DNA of 56,754 nt from Guillardia theta CCMP2712 (lineage: Eukaryota; Protista; Cryptophyta): positions 168,153 to 224,906 of the forward strand of contig NW_005434629.1 in the NCBI RefSeq assembly GCF_000315625.1, read 5' to 3'. The position numbers were made by a program, and so were the translations under genes. The stretch's first letter is position 1; every line of letters begins with the position of its first letter. The notes beneath the pieces are model-generated. The model did not search any database, was not told where the DNA came from, and was given only the letters and a program-made list of their open reading frames with translations. Shown here piece after piece: positions 11,201 through 23,900 of the stretch.

Positions 11201-13030
11201 GGCCCAGCAAGAGGGGCAGCTGAAGGCCAGCAAGCCGACCAAGTCACGCGAGACAAGGAGCTCGACGACTCCGGCCAGGAGCTTCCAGCACCCCATTGGC
11301 CAGCGTCTCCGCGTCCTCTACGACGACGGCTGGTGGTACCCCGGGGCTATCACGGGCCGCGAGTTCATTGAGAGGGAGAAGGGAAAGCCTGCCGACGAGA
11401 CATACCACATCACGCTAGACGACGGGGAGACCCAGCTGTCGACTACCTTGCCCGACCCTGACATCCAGCTAGTCGAGGGGGACGAGGTCGTGAGTGAGCC
11501 AGTCAGGAACACAGCAGCTGAGGGAGCAGCGGAGGTGGCGGCCCCAGAGGACAAGGGGTACATCGGTGTGAGGAAGCGAGACCGATACTGGCTGGCGGAG
11601 ATCAAGCGACAGGGGCAGACGATCAAGTTGGGGCAGTACGACAACGCGGAGGACGCGGCCAAAGCGTATGACGAGGCAGCGATCAAGTACCAGGTGAGAC
11701 GGACTTGAAGTCGGTGCCAGCAGGGTGCTGAGCAAGAGTGCCAGGGAGACAAGGCGAAGGTCAACTTCCAGGGGAGTAAAGAGAGCGCAAACGCGCTGTC
11801 GAACCCGTTGCGGTACGTGAACTCGAGGGTCAGAGTGCTCTACGACGACGGGATCTGGTACGATGGGGCCATCCTGTCATACGACGACAAGTCGAACGAG
11901 GTTTGGAGGGCAGCGATCGATGCGACCCAGGGGACTGACAGGCTGGCAGTTCTCCATTCGGCTAGATGACGACACAAGGTTCACGACCCCCCTTCCGGAC
12001 CCGGACATTGAAGTATGGATACACCCCTCCCTCCTCCTCTCCCCGTCTGCCACCTTGCTCAGTCTTCTTCTCCCCTTCTCCCCCGTAGCTCAGTCTCCTG
12101 CTCTCCTCCCCCACTGATCCTGCTGCGCAGATTATCCCGTCTGCGCTGTCGCCCAAGGGAGTCGCTGCATCCTGTCTGTCCTCCCTTTTCCGCCCCCGTC
12201 ATCGCTGACTCTCCCCGCAGCCTCCGCTCCTCATCACCACTCGTCCGCCACAGGGTCCAGCAGAGGGAAATCTGCAGCCCAGCCTTCCATCCAGTACACC
12301 AACGGCATGCGCCTCAGGGTCTTGTATGATGACGGGGCTTTCTACCCCGGCACCATCGTCGGCTGCAACGAGCAGGACAAGCGCTACAAGATCAAGCTCG
12401 ACGAGGGCACCAAGTTCAGCACGACCCTCCCCGATCCCGACATCGAAGTGCTCGGCATGGCGCCCCCGAGCATCAAGTTCTGGAACCTCAGGTGGGTGGG
12501 CGGAGAGGCTCTTGCCGCATCCTCCTCTTATCCTCCTCCGCAGAAAAGTCGCCGACGCTGAGGCCCCCTTGCCTGTGAGTCCTCTCTCCTATGCTACCAG
12601 CCGCCTCTCAAGTTACCACCAGGACAAGGTCGTCAAGAAAGAGCCTCCCATGCTTGAGTTGACGCATCCGGCTCAGAGGCCCAAGGCAGGCCGACATGCT
12701 CGCTGCCCCCTGTTCTCCTCACTGCTGCCCTCAGGTCACTTACCAAGGCGTCGAATTCGAGGACTCGTCCGGCGCGTGGGCAGCGAAGATCCAGCTGCAG
12801 GAGAGCATCAAGTTCCTTGGCGTCTACGATACTCCAGAGGAAGCAGGTAGGACGAGATCAGACGGTCAGTCTGCCTTCTCACGCCTCCTTTCAGCGGCAG
12901 CTTACAACGCTGCCGTCCGCCATTACCGGTCCGTCATTGCGAGCCTGGACGGGCATGATCGGTGCTTCTGCTGCCTGCCTTCGCTCGTCGCTGACTTGTG
13001 GTGAAGGAACCTGGAAGCCACGGCTGAAAG
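8277..13030 (+). CDS. Multi-exon nuclear protein with four or more Tudor-like domains, two AP2 DNA-binding domains and a long K/E/G/S-rich linker
   Basis: Tudor-like repeats RVRVCYSDGFWYYGSI (8.3 kb), RLRVLYDDGWWYPGAI (11.3 kb), RVRVLYDDGIWYDGAI (11.8 kb) and RLRVLYDDGAFYPGTI (12.3 kb), each ending in LPD(P/V)D. AP2 domains YIGVRKRDRYWLAEIK..LGQYDNAEDAAKAYDEAAIKY..AKVNF and YQGVEF..WAAKI..FLGVYDTPEEA..AYNAAVRHY. The 3' end is approximate. Confidence 0.85.
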
Positions 13031-14047
13031 CTGGAAGCTCAACCCTGTCTTGCCACGGTAGCATCAGCCTGTTCTTATTGTAATTGTAAAGCTGTAAAGT
13101 CGAATGAATAATATGGTGCCTCAACAGTATTTTACTTCACAATACACCATCTCGACGTAAACATCTACCCAACACATGAAAACTTTGCCATGCATTCATC
13201 GTCGGGACATGATATGATAGTGTTGTAAATAAAACTGACATGATAGTGTTGTAGTACACAAAACTAGCAGCCGCGAAATACAGGGAGATGAAGGAAGGAG
13301 ATGATGGAATGGGTGAGAATGAAGCGACACTCCGAGAGGAAGGATGCGAGCAGGAGCGAGGAGGAGGATGAGGAGGGAGGGGGAAGGGGGGGGGAGGGAG
13401 GGGGAAATTCCTGACTGGGGCTCAAGGATTTGATGAGGTACAACCATGGAAGTGCCTGATGTAGAAAAGGGGGGTGAGGGGTACTCATACAGGGGTGTCT
13501 TGATACAATATACGGGTACTGTTCAAAGATATTGAATGGGGTGGTAGGAAAGCGCAAAGTGTGGTGGTCAAAGATATGAAGAAGAAGGGCTATGGTGGGG
13601 TACAGGAATAGAGATGATCGAAATCCTGGGGGTATGAAGTCTTATGTGGGGGTGGGGTGAGCATTGAAGGGGGTGGGGGTGACAGGAATGGGGAAAAGTT
13701 TTCGGTCGCATAGTCTGCAGACCATGGTGGGGTAGGTGACGGGTTAGGAAAAGACTAGGTGGGGTCATTGATGTACCCACCACACCGGTGCAAGATACTA
13801 GCTATTCATAGGTAGAGAGGGGGTGCATACGTTTCAGGGCCTGCGGGGGTAGGGTGCAGTGAGGGATGGTAAACGGGGGTGGCGGGAAAAGATCAAGGCC
13901 ATGCAGGGCAGGCACAACGGAGATGAAGAGAATGAGAAGATGAAGGCGGGAGAGGAGGAGAGGATGGGGGAAGAAGAGGGAAGGGGAAAGGAAGGGGGAG
14001 GAGGAGAGGGGGCGCAAGAGGGGAGGGGAGGAGAGGGACGAGATGAT

Positions 14048-14134
14048 GAGAGGAGAGGAGAGGAGAGGAGAGGAGAGGAGAGGAGAGGAGAGGAGAGGAG
14101 AGTAGAGGAGAGGAGAGGAGAGGAGAGGAGAGGA
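14048..14134. repeat. (GAGAG)n microsatellite within a purine-rich tract
   Basis: Directly visible. Confidence 0.9.
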
Positions 14135-14334
14135 GATGGAATTAGAAAGAAAGGGAGAAGATAAAGAAGTGATAGATAGAAGAAGAGAAGCGAGAAGCAT
14201 GAGCGAAGCCGAAGCAATGTAGTCGGCGATAGGACTGCTGAAACATCCGGACAAGGCAGATGAGTGAACAGAGGTTGATAGAAATATTAGAGGATCAGGA
14301 GCAACGCGATAGGAAGGGCATCGATGAGAATAAG

Positions 14335-15010
14335 GAGGCTCTGTTCATCCTCTCGATGTCATCGCTGTCTTCGTGTTGAAGGTCAGGTTGCAGGTAACTC
14401 CTTACACCGGCATGCACTTGAGTCCTCCTGGCATTGCGGCTGCGTACGTCCTGGCGTCCAACTCGAGGATAGGAGAAAGACATCCTTTCGGGATCAGCCA
14501 TGGCCGAGGAGCATCGCGTTTGGCATTTGCGATCCCTGATGTGAACTGGTATGACGCGGACGCGATCGGGTGGGCAGGATCATCGCCAAAGATTGAGGAG
14601 GGTCAGGGACACGGTCTTTTCGAGCAGGTAAGGCTGATCGAATTGAGGGAAAGGAGAGGGGGGGAGGAGGTAGGGGATCAAGATCAGGGGGACGGGCAGG
14701 AAGAGTACAAGGGTGATAAGAGGACGAAGAGGAGGAGGAGAAAGAGAAGAGGAAGAGGAAGAGGAAGAAGACGAGGAGCAGGAGGATCTTAATCGGCGAA
14801 ACTCCTTGTTAGCGGGTGACGCATGGCATGCAGATATTTGTGGATGGGGCGGAGAACTTCTTGACATGGTATGCATTGTGCATAAGCATGCGGTCAACCC
14901 TCCCCATCTTCAACGGGTTCCTCTTCCCGGAAGCTCCCGCTCTCGTGCGGGAACGCGTCTACCCCTTCATCGTCTTCATATCCGAGCCCTTCCTGCGAGG
15001 CTGGCGGTAG
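14335..15010 (+). CDS. Probable exons of a hypothetical protein; start not resolved
   Basis: Protein-like ORF segments (..AFAIPDVNWYDADAIGW..LFEQ followed by a GTAAG donor; IFVDGAENFLTWYALC..FLRGWR stop) separated by a purine-rich intron-like tract. Confidence 0.35.
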
Positions 15011-15845
15011 GAGGATAGAGATCAAAGGGAGTGGAGAAGGGGAGGGGGGAGGGGAGGGAGGGACAGGGAGGGAGGGACAGGGAGAAGGGTTTGGGCTGTA
15101 AAGGAGAAAAGGGTTTGACGGTTGTGAATTTCAGGAATGCTTTTCCATATGTTCTCAATGGTTTCGACTTGTCGGTATTTCCTGCATTCTGCGGCGTGTA
15201 AGTTTGAAATCTTTCAACTTCACTTACCCGCCTTTGGAGCGACATCTCGAAGTCTTTCCTTCCTGTGACCCTGCTGTCTCTCCTGATTGATTGTTTCTTT
15301 CTTGTTCTCCTCCTCCTCCTCCCTCCCCTTGCCCCCCCTCCTTGCCTTGCATGCAGGCATCTTCCTATCTCATCTGCAACTTCTTCACCTCCTCCCTGTT
15401 CTTCTAGCTCCCCGCTGTCTCTTCTTCTCACTCCACATCCGCTCAGAGTTTTCCTCATCGCCGTCACAGACGCCATAGGAGCACAACAACCTGCCAGGAG
15501 GCCTCCAAAAAGGCTTCTTGACAACCACCCGACGTTGAGGAGGTTGGCAGTGGGTTGGGGAAGTGAGCAAGTCTTTCACGATGGGCGAATCTGGCAGCTG
15601 AAGAGATAATAATCCGAGCCAGGGCGACGCTTTTCACGAAACCTCTTCCTCTCTTATTCATTGCAACACAACAAATGTTAGATAGACAAGACAGCCCCAT
15701 GTCAATAGTTGAAAGACAGCGACATATCTCTCTATGCAGATATCACTCGCGATCAGTTGAAAATCTTGGAAATCCCCAAAAAATAAACTTCACATGCATC
15801 TCACATCAAAATACAAACTTTCTGCGAACCCTCCTCCTCTCTGTC

Positions 15846-18800
15846 TCAGTTGACGCTCATCTCCTCATCCGATGAATCCTCAAGGTTTACGTTCCTTAAC
15901 GCCTGACAACATCGTAAGTCACTTGAAACTCTCCTCCTCTTCCTCCATCATTATCCTCCTCCTCGACCCTCACCTTCTCCATGTTGAGATGAGCTATCAT
16001 GCTCTTTGCAGTGGAAAAGACGAAGGATCGTAGCGCATGCTTCTCCCGCTGAAACTTACTCTCCAGCTGCCGGCAAGTGTGACTTCCCTCCCTCCCTCCC
16101 TCCCTCCCTCCCTCCCTCCCTCCCTCCCTCCCTCCCTCCTCCTCCTCCTCCTCACCTTGCTCATCTTCTCTCTGTTCTCATGTTCCAGCTTCAGCATTTC
16201 TGCTCGCTTCTCGTACTCTGAGGCCTGAGAGAGAATGAGATGATCCGGAGGAACAGGAGAAGGAAGAGGAACACAAACAGGATGGGCAGGGGCAGAGAAA
16301 TGAGGAGGAGGAGGAGGAGGGAGAGGGAGCGGNNNNNNNNNNNNNNNNNNNNNNNNNNNNNNNNNNNNNNNNNNNNNNNNNNNNNNNNNNNNNNNNNNNN
16401 NNNNNNNNNNNNNNNNNNNNNNNNNNNNNNNNNNNNNNNNNNNNNNNNNNNNNNNNNNNNNNNNNNNNNNNNNNNNNNNNNNNNNNNNNNNNNNNNNNNN
16501 NNNNNNNNNNNNNNNNNNNNNNNNNNNNNNNNNNNNNNNNNNNNNNNNNNNNNNNNNNNNNNNNNNNNNNNNNNNNNNNNNNNNNNNNNNNNNNNNNNNN
16601 NNNNNNNNNNNNNNNNNNNNNNNNNNNNNNNNNNNNNNNNNNNNNNNNNNNNNNNNNNNNNNNNNNNNNNNNNNNNNNNNNNNNNNNNNNNNNNNNNNNN
16701 NNNNNNGGGCGAGGGCGAGGGAGAGGGAGAGGGAGAGGGAGAGGGAGAGGAGGATACCTGCAGCTCTTTCTTTTTCTCTTGCTCGAGCTCTTCAATCGCC
16801 TCCATGAGCTGCCGGTTTTGTCATTCTCTCCCCGTCCTCCTCCCTCCTCACCTCAGAGATTTCCCCGTCCTTGGCTGCCAGCGAGCCTTCAAGGTCATTC
16901 ATCCTCTCCTGCATCACTTCGATCTGCTCGGTGAACACGCTGATCTGCAAACAGAAACTTTCACATCTCCTCCTCCTCCTCCTCCTCCTCCTCCCTCCCT
17001 CCCACCCTACCCCTTCGCCCCTTGCTCCCCCTTCCCCAACTTCCTTGCTCTCCCTCCCCCCTTGCTCCGCATCCCCAGTTTCTCTCTCCCCCCCCCTTTG
17101 CTGCTCCTCTTTCTCGTACCTGGCTCTGGTACATGCTCTGAATCCCCTCCCTGCTCTTCTCGTTGGTAGAATGCAGTTCTCTCTGCTGCTCCCTCCACAG
17201 CTCCTTCTGCTCCGAGAGCGCCTGCTGCCACTGGCTCTCCTGCGAACTTTGTCACGCACATCCCCCCTTGCTCCTTCCCCCCCTCTCGCACTCTCCCCTT
17301 CCCTCTTCATCCCCTTCCCTCTACTTCCTCTTCTCCACGGCTCACCGCCAGCAGGAGCGCTGCTTGCGACTCTGATCGCGCTCTCTCCAGCTCTAGTGTT
17401 GCTTCCTCCACTTGCTCCACCAGCTTCTCCTTATCGGCCAGCAGCCTCTCCACCTGCTGCTGCTCTCACACGCTGATGAGGAAGCACAAGGGGAAGTAGA
17501 TTGAGGATGAGCGACCACTGAGAAAGAGGAGAAAATAGGGAGTAGGGGGAAGGGGAAGGGCGGGGAGGAAGAGGCGGAGGTTGAGGAGAGGAGGGTAAAG
17601 GAGGAGGAAGAGGATAAATGAACACAGGAAGAGCAGGAGAAGAGGAAGAGGAGGAGGAAAAGGAGGAGGAGGTGTTGGTGGTGGAGAATATACGAAGACA
17701 GGAAGAGGAGGAGGAGAGGAGGAGGAGGAGGATAAACGAAGACAGGAAGAGGAGGAGGAGAGGAGGAGGAGGATTCGACCTCGGCACGGAGTCGGGCGCC
17801 CGCTGCCTCCATCTCAGCCTCTCTCTGCCGCAGAGCCCTCATCCCCTCCTCTTCTCGGCTCTGTATGTTGAAGACTTCTTCCCTCAATCTCCCTGCCAAC
17901 CACCCTAGTGGTAAGTTTTTCCTCCCCACCCACCAAGTGACCTCACCCAGCTCCTTGGCCTTCGACTCCTCCTCCTCCTGCATGTGAGCTTGCAGCGCAT
18001 GCATCTCGCTCTTCTGCCGCTCCAACATCTCGCGAGCCCCGTCGCACTCCTCCCGCTTCCTTTCCAGCTCACTCTCCAGCTCCTGCGCTCCTGTGAGCCC
18101 CAGGAGGGAACGAGGGCCTCCTCTCACCTGGATCTTTGCGTGTGCTTCTCTCACTGCGCTCGACATCTCGCCGATCGCCCTTGACTGCCTGCAACCAACT
18201 CCGTCAAACTCTCTCCCTCCCTGGCCTTTCTTCTCCTTCCCTCCCTGATCCGCTCCCACCTTAACCCCTGCACCAAACCAACCAACGTATCCGTCCTCCT
18301 CTGTGCTCCTTCTCTCTCTCCCTCGCTCTCTCCCCCGCCCCCCGTCCCATCCTCCCCCTTCTCCGTCCTCCTGTTTCTTACTTGGCTTCCATCTCCATGT
18401 AGAGGGTGAGAGACTGCTGCAGAGACAGGTTTTCCTTCCCCAGCTCCAACATCTGATCTCTCGTTTCCTCGCTCTGGCTATTGGCTCTTTCAACATCCGA
18501 CATGTAGCTCGCTCGCTCTGCCTCATACTTCTGCATCAAGTCCCTGGCAAACTCTCCTCAGCCCGAGCATGTTTCCCTGTAGAGGCTCGTACCTCTCAAC
18601 CTCCTTCCTCTCCATTTCACTCGCTTCCAACCTACTCTCCAACGTCAAGCACCTCCCTTCGAGCTCCTTTCTTTCCAGATGCATCTCTTCTTGCAGTTTC
18701 AGGAATTTCTCTTGTTCCTGCTGCAGCTGAGAGTCTAGACATGCGATCCTGTGCTCGTATTGAGACCGGATTTCAATCAGTTCTGCTTCGAGTTTCCTCT

Positions 18801-19097
18801 GCTCTTCTTCTGCTTGTATCTTGAGCTTGTCGAATCGGGAAACAAGCTCCTGAGGATGAGTTTCACAGAACGCCTCATCGATCAAATATTCCCAGGTCTC
18901 CTTACCTGCTCTCTAGCCAGCGCTTCTTTTTCTCGTTGCTCAAGAAATCCCTTCTCCTGCTGAAGGATCGCTATCCGTCGTTCGTACTCCTTCTTGTCTT
19001 TGATGCTCCTTTGCACTATCTTGTGAACATCTTCTTCCATAATTTCCTGTGAATCAAGTTTCCAATCGTTTTCATTGATGATGTCGAAAGACTCCAT
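15846..19097 (-). CDS. Multi-exon long coiled-coil protein of unknown function; spans an assembly gap
   Basis: E/Q/R/L-rich heptad exons (MESFDIINENDW..; KLKIQAEEEQRKLEAEL..; ELESELERKREE..) bounded by GT-AG. Last exon ALRNVNLEDSSDEEMSVN stop. Confidence 0.7.
16333..16706. other. Assembly gap (N run)
   Basis: Run of n flanked by GA-rich low-complexity sequence. Confidence 1.
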
Positions 19098-19903
19098 TGC
19101 TCCAATCAACTACGCTGATGACCTGTCGATCAACCTGTCTCTGCGATTCTGTTCCAAGATGACGGAAGTTTGATGACTTTCTTACTCTGCTGTGTTGTTC
19201 AGCGTAGGACGAAACTCTCTCTGTGTTGTATGTCACTCCTTCCTTCTTCCCGTTCCTTCTCCTCGTTTCTCCTCTTCCTCTTCCTCTTCCTCCTCAAGCC
19301 ATATGCCGTTATGCTCACACCTCACCACCCCCACCCACCAAAACTACCCCACTCAGGTGCTACTCTCGAACTTGCTGTGTCATAACCCCTTCTCTTCAGC
19401 ACCAAAATACCCCCAATTGATAATTTTTTTAGCCCCCACCCCTTTCAAAACACCTTACCTAAGGGCCCTACCCACCCCCTAGAAGCCCAGCAGATACCTA
19501 CAGCTTCTGTCTACACGCCTGGTCCGTTGATTCAAAATGCCGACAGCAGGTGAAGTCCGAGGAGAGCGGCGACGAGGGAGGAGGAAGATGAAGAGAGAGG
19601 AGGGAGAAGGTTACATGTAGAGTAGAAGTGAAGAAGAGAAGGCATACACGGCGAGGGAGAGAGAAAATGAAGACAGCTTCCTTGAAGGAAAACGAACCCA
19701 CAACTGGGTAGGTATGACCGATGTACATATGGCAGAAAGAGGATGTCGATAACAGAAACAGGAGCATTAGAAAATGAAGATTGTGATGTAAGACGGTGTT
19801 TTGATTGCATGCGATGGAGATGTGCAGTGAGGTTTCAGTTTTCTTGAAAACGGCAATTACTGTATTTTGTTCTCCTGCCATTTGGGACAGCTGAGCAGCA
19901 GAA

Positions 19904-20285
19904 ATGAAACTCTCTCTGTCTCTATTGCTCTTAGTTCCAAGTATCGCTTCTCTAAAATCTGACTATTTTAACTGTGCAGTAACGAACAATGTTGTTCCAA
20001 CCAAGGGCAATGAGGTTGAAACTTTCTTCGATGCGTCGAATCCTGCCATCGGCGACATGACAGTAAAGTGTTCTATGTGAAAGGTATCTTTGTTGATTGC
20101 GTCCTCAGATCGAAGAGCTCCTAGAATCTGTCTATGAGAAAGAAGTCCAGAGAATCTTGGCTGAGGCAGAAAAAATGCAGGAGAAGTTGAGGGAGAAGGC
20201 AAATGAAGCCAAGGAGATTTTGTTAGCCAAGCCGACCAAGGAGAATGAGGAAAAACTTGAGTCTTTGATTTCCATCTGTGCATAA
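19904..20285 (+). CDS. Small secreted helical protein, 2 exons
   Basis: Signal-like start MKLSLSLLLLVPSIAS; an intron at about 20063-20109 joins it to IEELLESVYEKEVQRILAEAEK..ICA stop. Confidence 0.6.
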
Positions 20286-20344
20286 TGGGGTAAGAGAGTA
20301 TTTTCGTGTGCTTTACAAATATATTTACAAGGGCTTCAAGGCAT

Positions 20345-22288
20345 CTAATCCAACTCATCTACATCCAGTGCCTTGCGAGCTCTTTCCCTCTCCCTGTGTA
20401 TACATTAAATTTGACGATGAGAACCAATAAAACTTACTTGGAGATCTGCTGTTTCTGCCGTAGAAGTGCCTTGATTTCCTCACTCAGCTTGATGACAGCT
20501 GGGTCTTCTGCGAGATCAGGTCGTCACTGAAATGAATCTGATAAGAAACGAGCCTACTTGGAAGGAGGACAAGAGCCTTGTTTATACAGACATCAGCTTC
20601 CTCCTCCCGATTCAGCTGTTTGCTGGCGTCAGCACGTTTGATACCTCGCTCTTGCTCAGTTCGATACCTGCACAAGCGCCTTTGCCTTTCGATAAAGACC
20701 TTTAGGTAGCTTCTCGTCGAGCTCAAGAGCTTTCGAACAATCGTCACAAGCCTGCTCCAACACTGACCAGCACCGAGTCAGAGGTGGACGGTTGTACACT
20801 GAAGATACCTTTAGATCCTCCTTGGGGGGAAAGCATAAGTCGAGCTAGTGCTCTGTTGCTGTAGAGGACAGGGTCGTCGGGGTTCAAGTCAATCGCAAGA
20901 GTGTACTTGGCAACTGAGCACGTCAGTCAGCGTCACTTCATTCATTCCAGTCTCGCATTGCAGGATACCTGCGCCTTCAAGATCGCCGTCCTTGAGCAGA
21001 GCATTCCCCTCTGTGCGGTATTCTATCGCAGCTTTGACATCATCCTCATTCCTTCGCCTGTGCTGATTGCTCTTGCTTGCTTGCGAATCGCAAGGCGCAT
21101 GCATGCTTTGCGAGCGAGTTTCTTCTACTGGCTTCTTCGAAAGTGGGGAATCATTTCCTGCTGAATTGTTGTTCCTGTCCTGCCACTTTGCGCCGTACAT
21201 GAGAGCGTTCTTCTCTAGCTTCTTCGCGGAATCGCTAGCGATTTGATCCTCTGCAGTGGGCCAACGCCCGAAATCTTCTAGCTGTAAGAAGTCAAACCAG
21301 TCAAAGGGGAACAATAATGTGTCACTCATGCAGTAACTGACCAACGTGGTTGCGAGCTTCCTCTCCTCTTCAGATATGTCTTCAAGCTTCTTCCACTGAT
21401 CGAAGGCTTCTAGAACCTTCTTGGACACGTGAAGGACTTTGTCCTTTGTGTACAAAGCTGTTGAAGACGTTAAATGAGCTCAGATGGGTCGCACTCAATC
21501 GCTCACCTCGGACCCAAGACAGAAAGAAGGCCAAGATTCTCAAGGCGGTGTAGCTCCCCCCGGGGTAAGAATTCCTCATGTTGGCCAACAGGTTCGGTAT
21601 CATTTCTCCTTTGTTCATCTGAAACAGACGCTTGTGGATCTCGGAATCAATGTTCTTCGTGTTCAACCAGTCGATGTTGTCATTCTGGTCAGTCAAGAGA
21701 GACAAGGTTTCCATAGCTTGAGAGCGCAAGTAGAGATTCTTGCTAAAAGCAATTCTCGTCAACATCCATGAATTGAAGGATGTCAAGCCATGCTTACTCA
21801 ATCAAGAGCTTCGATAAGGCTGAATAGCCTCCCGACATGATGAAGATTCTTGCTAACTTCCATTCCCTGCAGTGCCGCAGATATAGCATGGGCTAGTATA
21901 CATGTCACGAGCGTGCAGGACGATCAAGTTCCATTCACCATGGCAGAAGTGAGCGTCTTTGTGACGGATTTGTCTTTCTGTGCATTCTCGTTCGAGACGG
22001 CGAGCAAGGACGGGTAAAGCGAGATTTCCTCGTCCGTGGGCCAGAAAAGGATCTGTCTGACCTGGGCGTCGGCAAGGTTTCGACTTTTGCAGGCTGTTAG
22101 AGATGATGAAGTGAAAGCGTTTGGGTATACCTTAGGACCGTTTGCATTGCCGATGTGGGAGGTTGGTCGAAGTGCTTTTGCATGGCGGCTATGACGTCAT
22201 GTGCAACTTCACCATCCCTCTCTTCCTTGCCGAAACAATCCTCTAGGATGGTGTTGGTTACATGGAGGAACCGCTCTTCATCCCTCAT
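20345..22288 (-). CDS. Multi-exon TPR-repeat protein (co-chaperone-type TPR at the C-terminus)
   Basis: AAIEYRTEGNALLKDGDLEGA, YTLAIDLNPDDPVLYSNRALA and DDCSKALELDEKLPKGLYRKAKA form a classic three-TPR clamp. Confidence 0.8.
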
Positions 22289-22745
22289 CCTCCTGTCCTT
22301 CAATCAGCTTGCATCTTGATTAAAAATCCGCCATGGGCACGTCGGAGATTGCTAATGTCCGTTGCAGAAAAAAATCTGATTCACAAAACAAAAACAAAAC
22401 AAAACCTTCACCGCTTTATGCTAACAACAACTGGTGTTGTCTACAACCCCAAACCTCACCTCTACTTCTGCGAGCAAAGACTGATCGATGTATATCTATC
22501 TATCTGCATATCATCATCTATCTACCTCTCTCCTCCTCTCTCCTCTCCTCGCTCACGTCACCTCTACACTCATTTCCCCTGAGGCTGTCGGTTCTCCCTG
22601 CGCACACCGCATCCCCGTTACACATCCGTTACACTCGTTATGACAGCATGGCCGCCTCACGGAGGAGCGGCTCAGCGGCTGCGGCCTGCCGCAGTGCCAG
22701 GCCCGGGCACGGCCGTGCCGCACCGGCCCGATAGTCTGGAAGGCT

Positions 22746-23030
22746 AAGACATTGACAATCGATGATCAGGCTGCAATCTGCATTGCAAAGAATCCAGGAA
22801 AAAAGAGTTTGGCTAAACCCATTGACATCAAGAGGTTGCGGAAGTTTCCTAAGACAACTTGTGGAAGAGAATACCCCGGGCCCGGCGTTAACGTACAATA
22901 TGTACAGACTCGGACCTCGAAGACGGTTCAACGGTTGGCTGATCGGACCGGGAGTCATGACAAAATCACTCCCAGATCGGACTTGCCGAGCCCACTGACA
23001 GTGAAAACTTGTGACTGAGAAATTGTAACT
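22746..23030 (+). mobile_element. Degenerate Ty1/copia LTR-retrotransposon pol fragment (RNase H C-terminal half)
   Basis: Removing short insertions yields TLTIDDQAAICIAKNPGKKSLAKPIDIKLKFLRQLVEENTVNVQYVQTSKQLADVMTKSLP, which matches the copia RNase H consensus DNxxAIxxAxNP..KHIDI..FxR..V....V.YV.T..QLAD..TK.L. Confidence 0.85.
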
Positions 23031-23079
23031 GTTCTGGAACGGTACGGTACTCCATTCCGACTATTCGATGCAGGAATGA

Positions 23080-23900
23080 CGGACCATTTCTTTTCTCTCT
23101 CTCTTTCTTTTCTCCTCATTCTCTCTCTCTTCTCTCTTCCCGGAGTCCTTCTCACTATCTCTTAACCTTTTTCTTTCTCCTATCCCGGCCCCCCGAGTCC
23201 TTCCAGTCTCTGTTCAAGTATCTTCCTATCCTTGCTCTGCTTATAAATACTCTTATCTCAGAAGTCAATCATACTAGTAGTACCTACAGTACCGTACCTC
23301 AGTGCTCTACTAACTTCCGACTACTCAGTGCATACCGTAGTACAATCCATCACCCGGTGGTCTTGCCGGCGCCGGGCGGCCCGGCCCGGTTGCCCGCAGC
23401 CCCGGCCCCGGCCCCGGGCCCCCCGGGACTCGGAGGGGCTGGCACTGATCGAACGGAACGGCGTGCCGGGCCCGGGTCTCAGCAGCCTGGCCCTCTCATC
23501 GGATCCGAGTCACGGCGATGTCACTCCTGGAACTGTCTGATAATTAGCTTAACTTACTTTGAGTAAACTTGACTGGAGAGATCAGTATCACGGTACGATT
23601 ATTACTCATCAAGAAGGTAGATATAACCATGGGCTACGATGACAGGGCTGGGCCCGGGGGGTCGGAACTGGTTTTTAAAATGAAAACCCCGGGAGACCCC
23701 TTCACATGACTGGGGAGCTCCCACGATAGGAGGGGTACTTCTTTGCCCATACTGAGGGGCACCTGTCACTGCCAGGTTCCGCCGCCGAGCGAGTGTGTAG
23801 GCCCGGGGCCGCAGCCTCTTCGAGTCGCCTGTAGTAAACCGAGTTATAAAATTGTACCAGGTACTGAAGGAGCCGGCGTGATACCGGGAGATGCCGATCC
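23080..23900. repeat. Possible LTR remnant (CT-rich tract, TATAAA near 23242) followed by a CGG-rich island
   Basis: Directly downstream of the copia RNase H relic; 23250-23345 resembles the reverse complement of 4644-4730. Confidence 0.45.

Noticed and set aside
15150-15600. Small minus-strand gene
   Set aside because: Some splice-like signals, but the product is short and unrecognisable; insufficient support.
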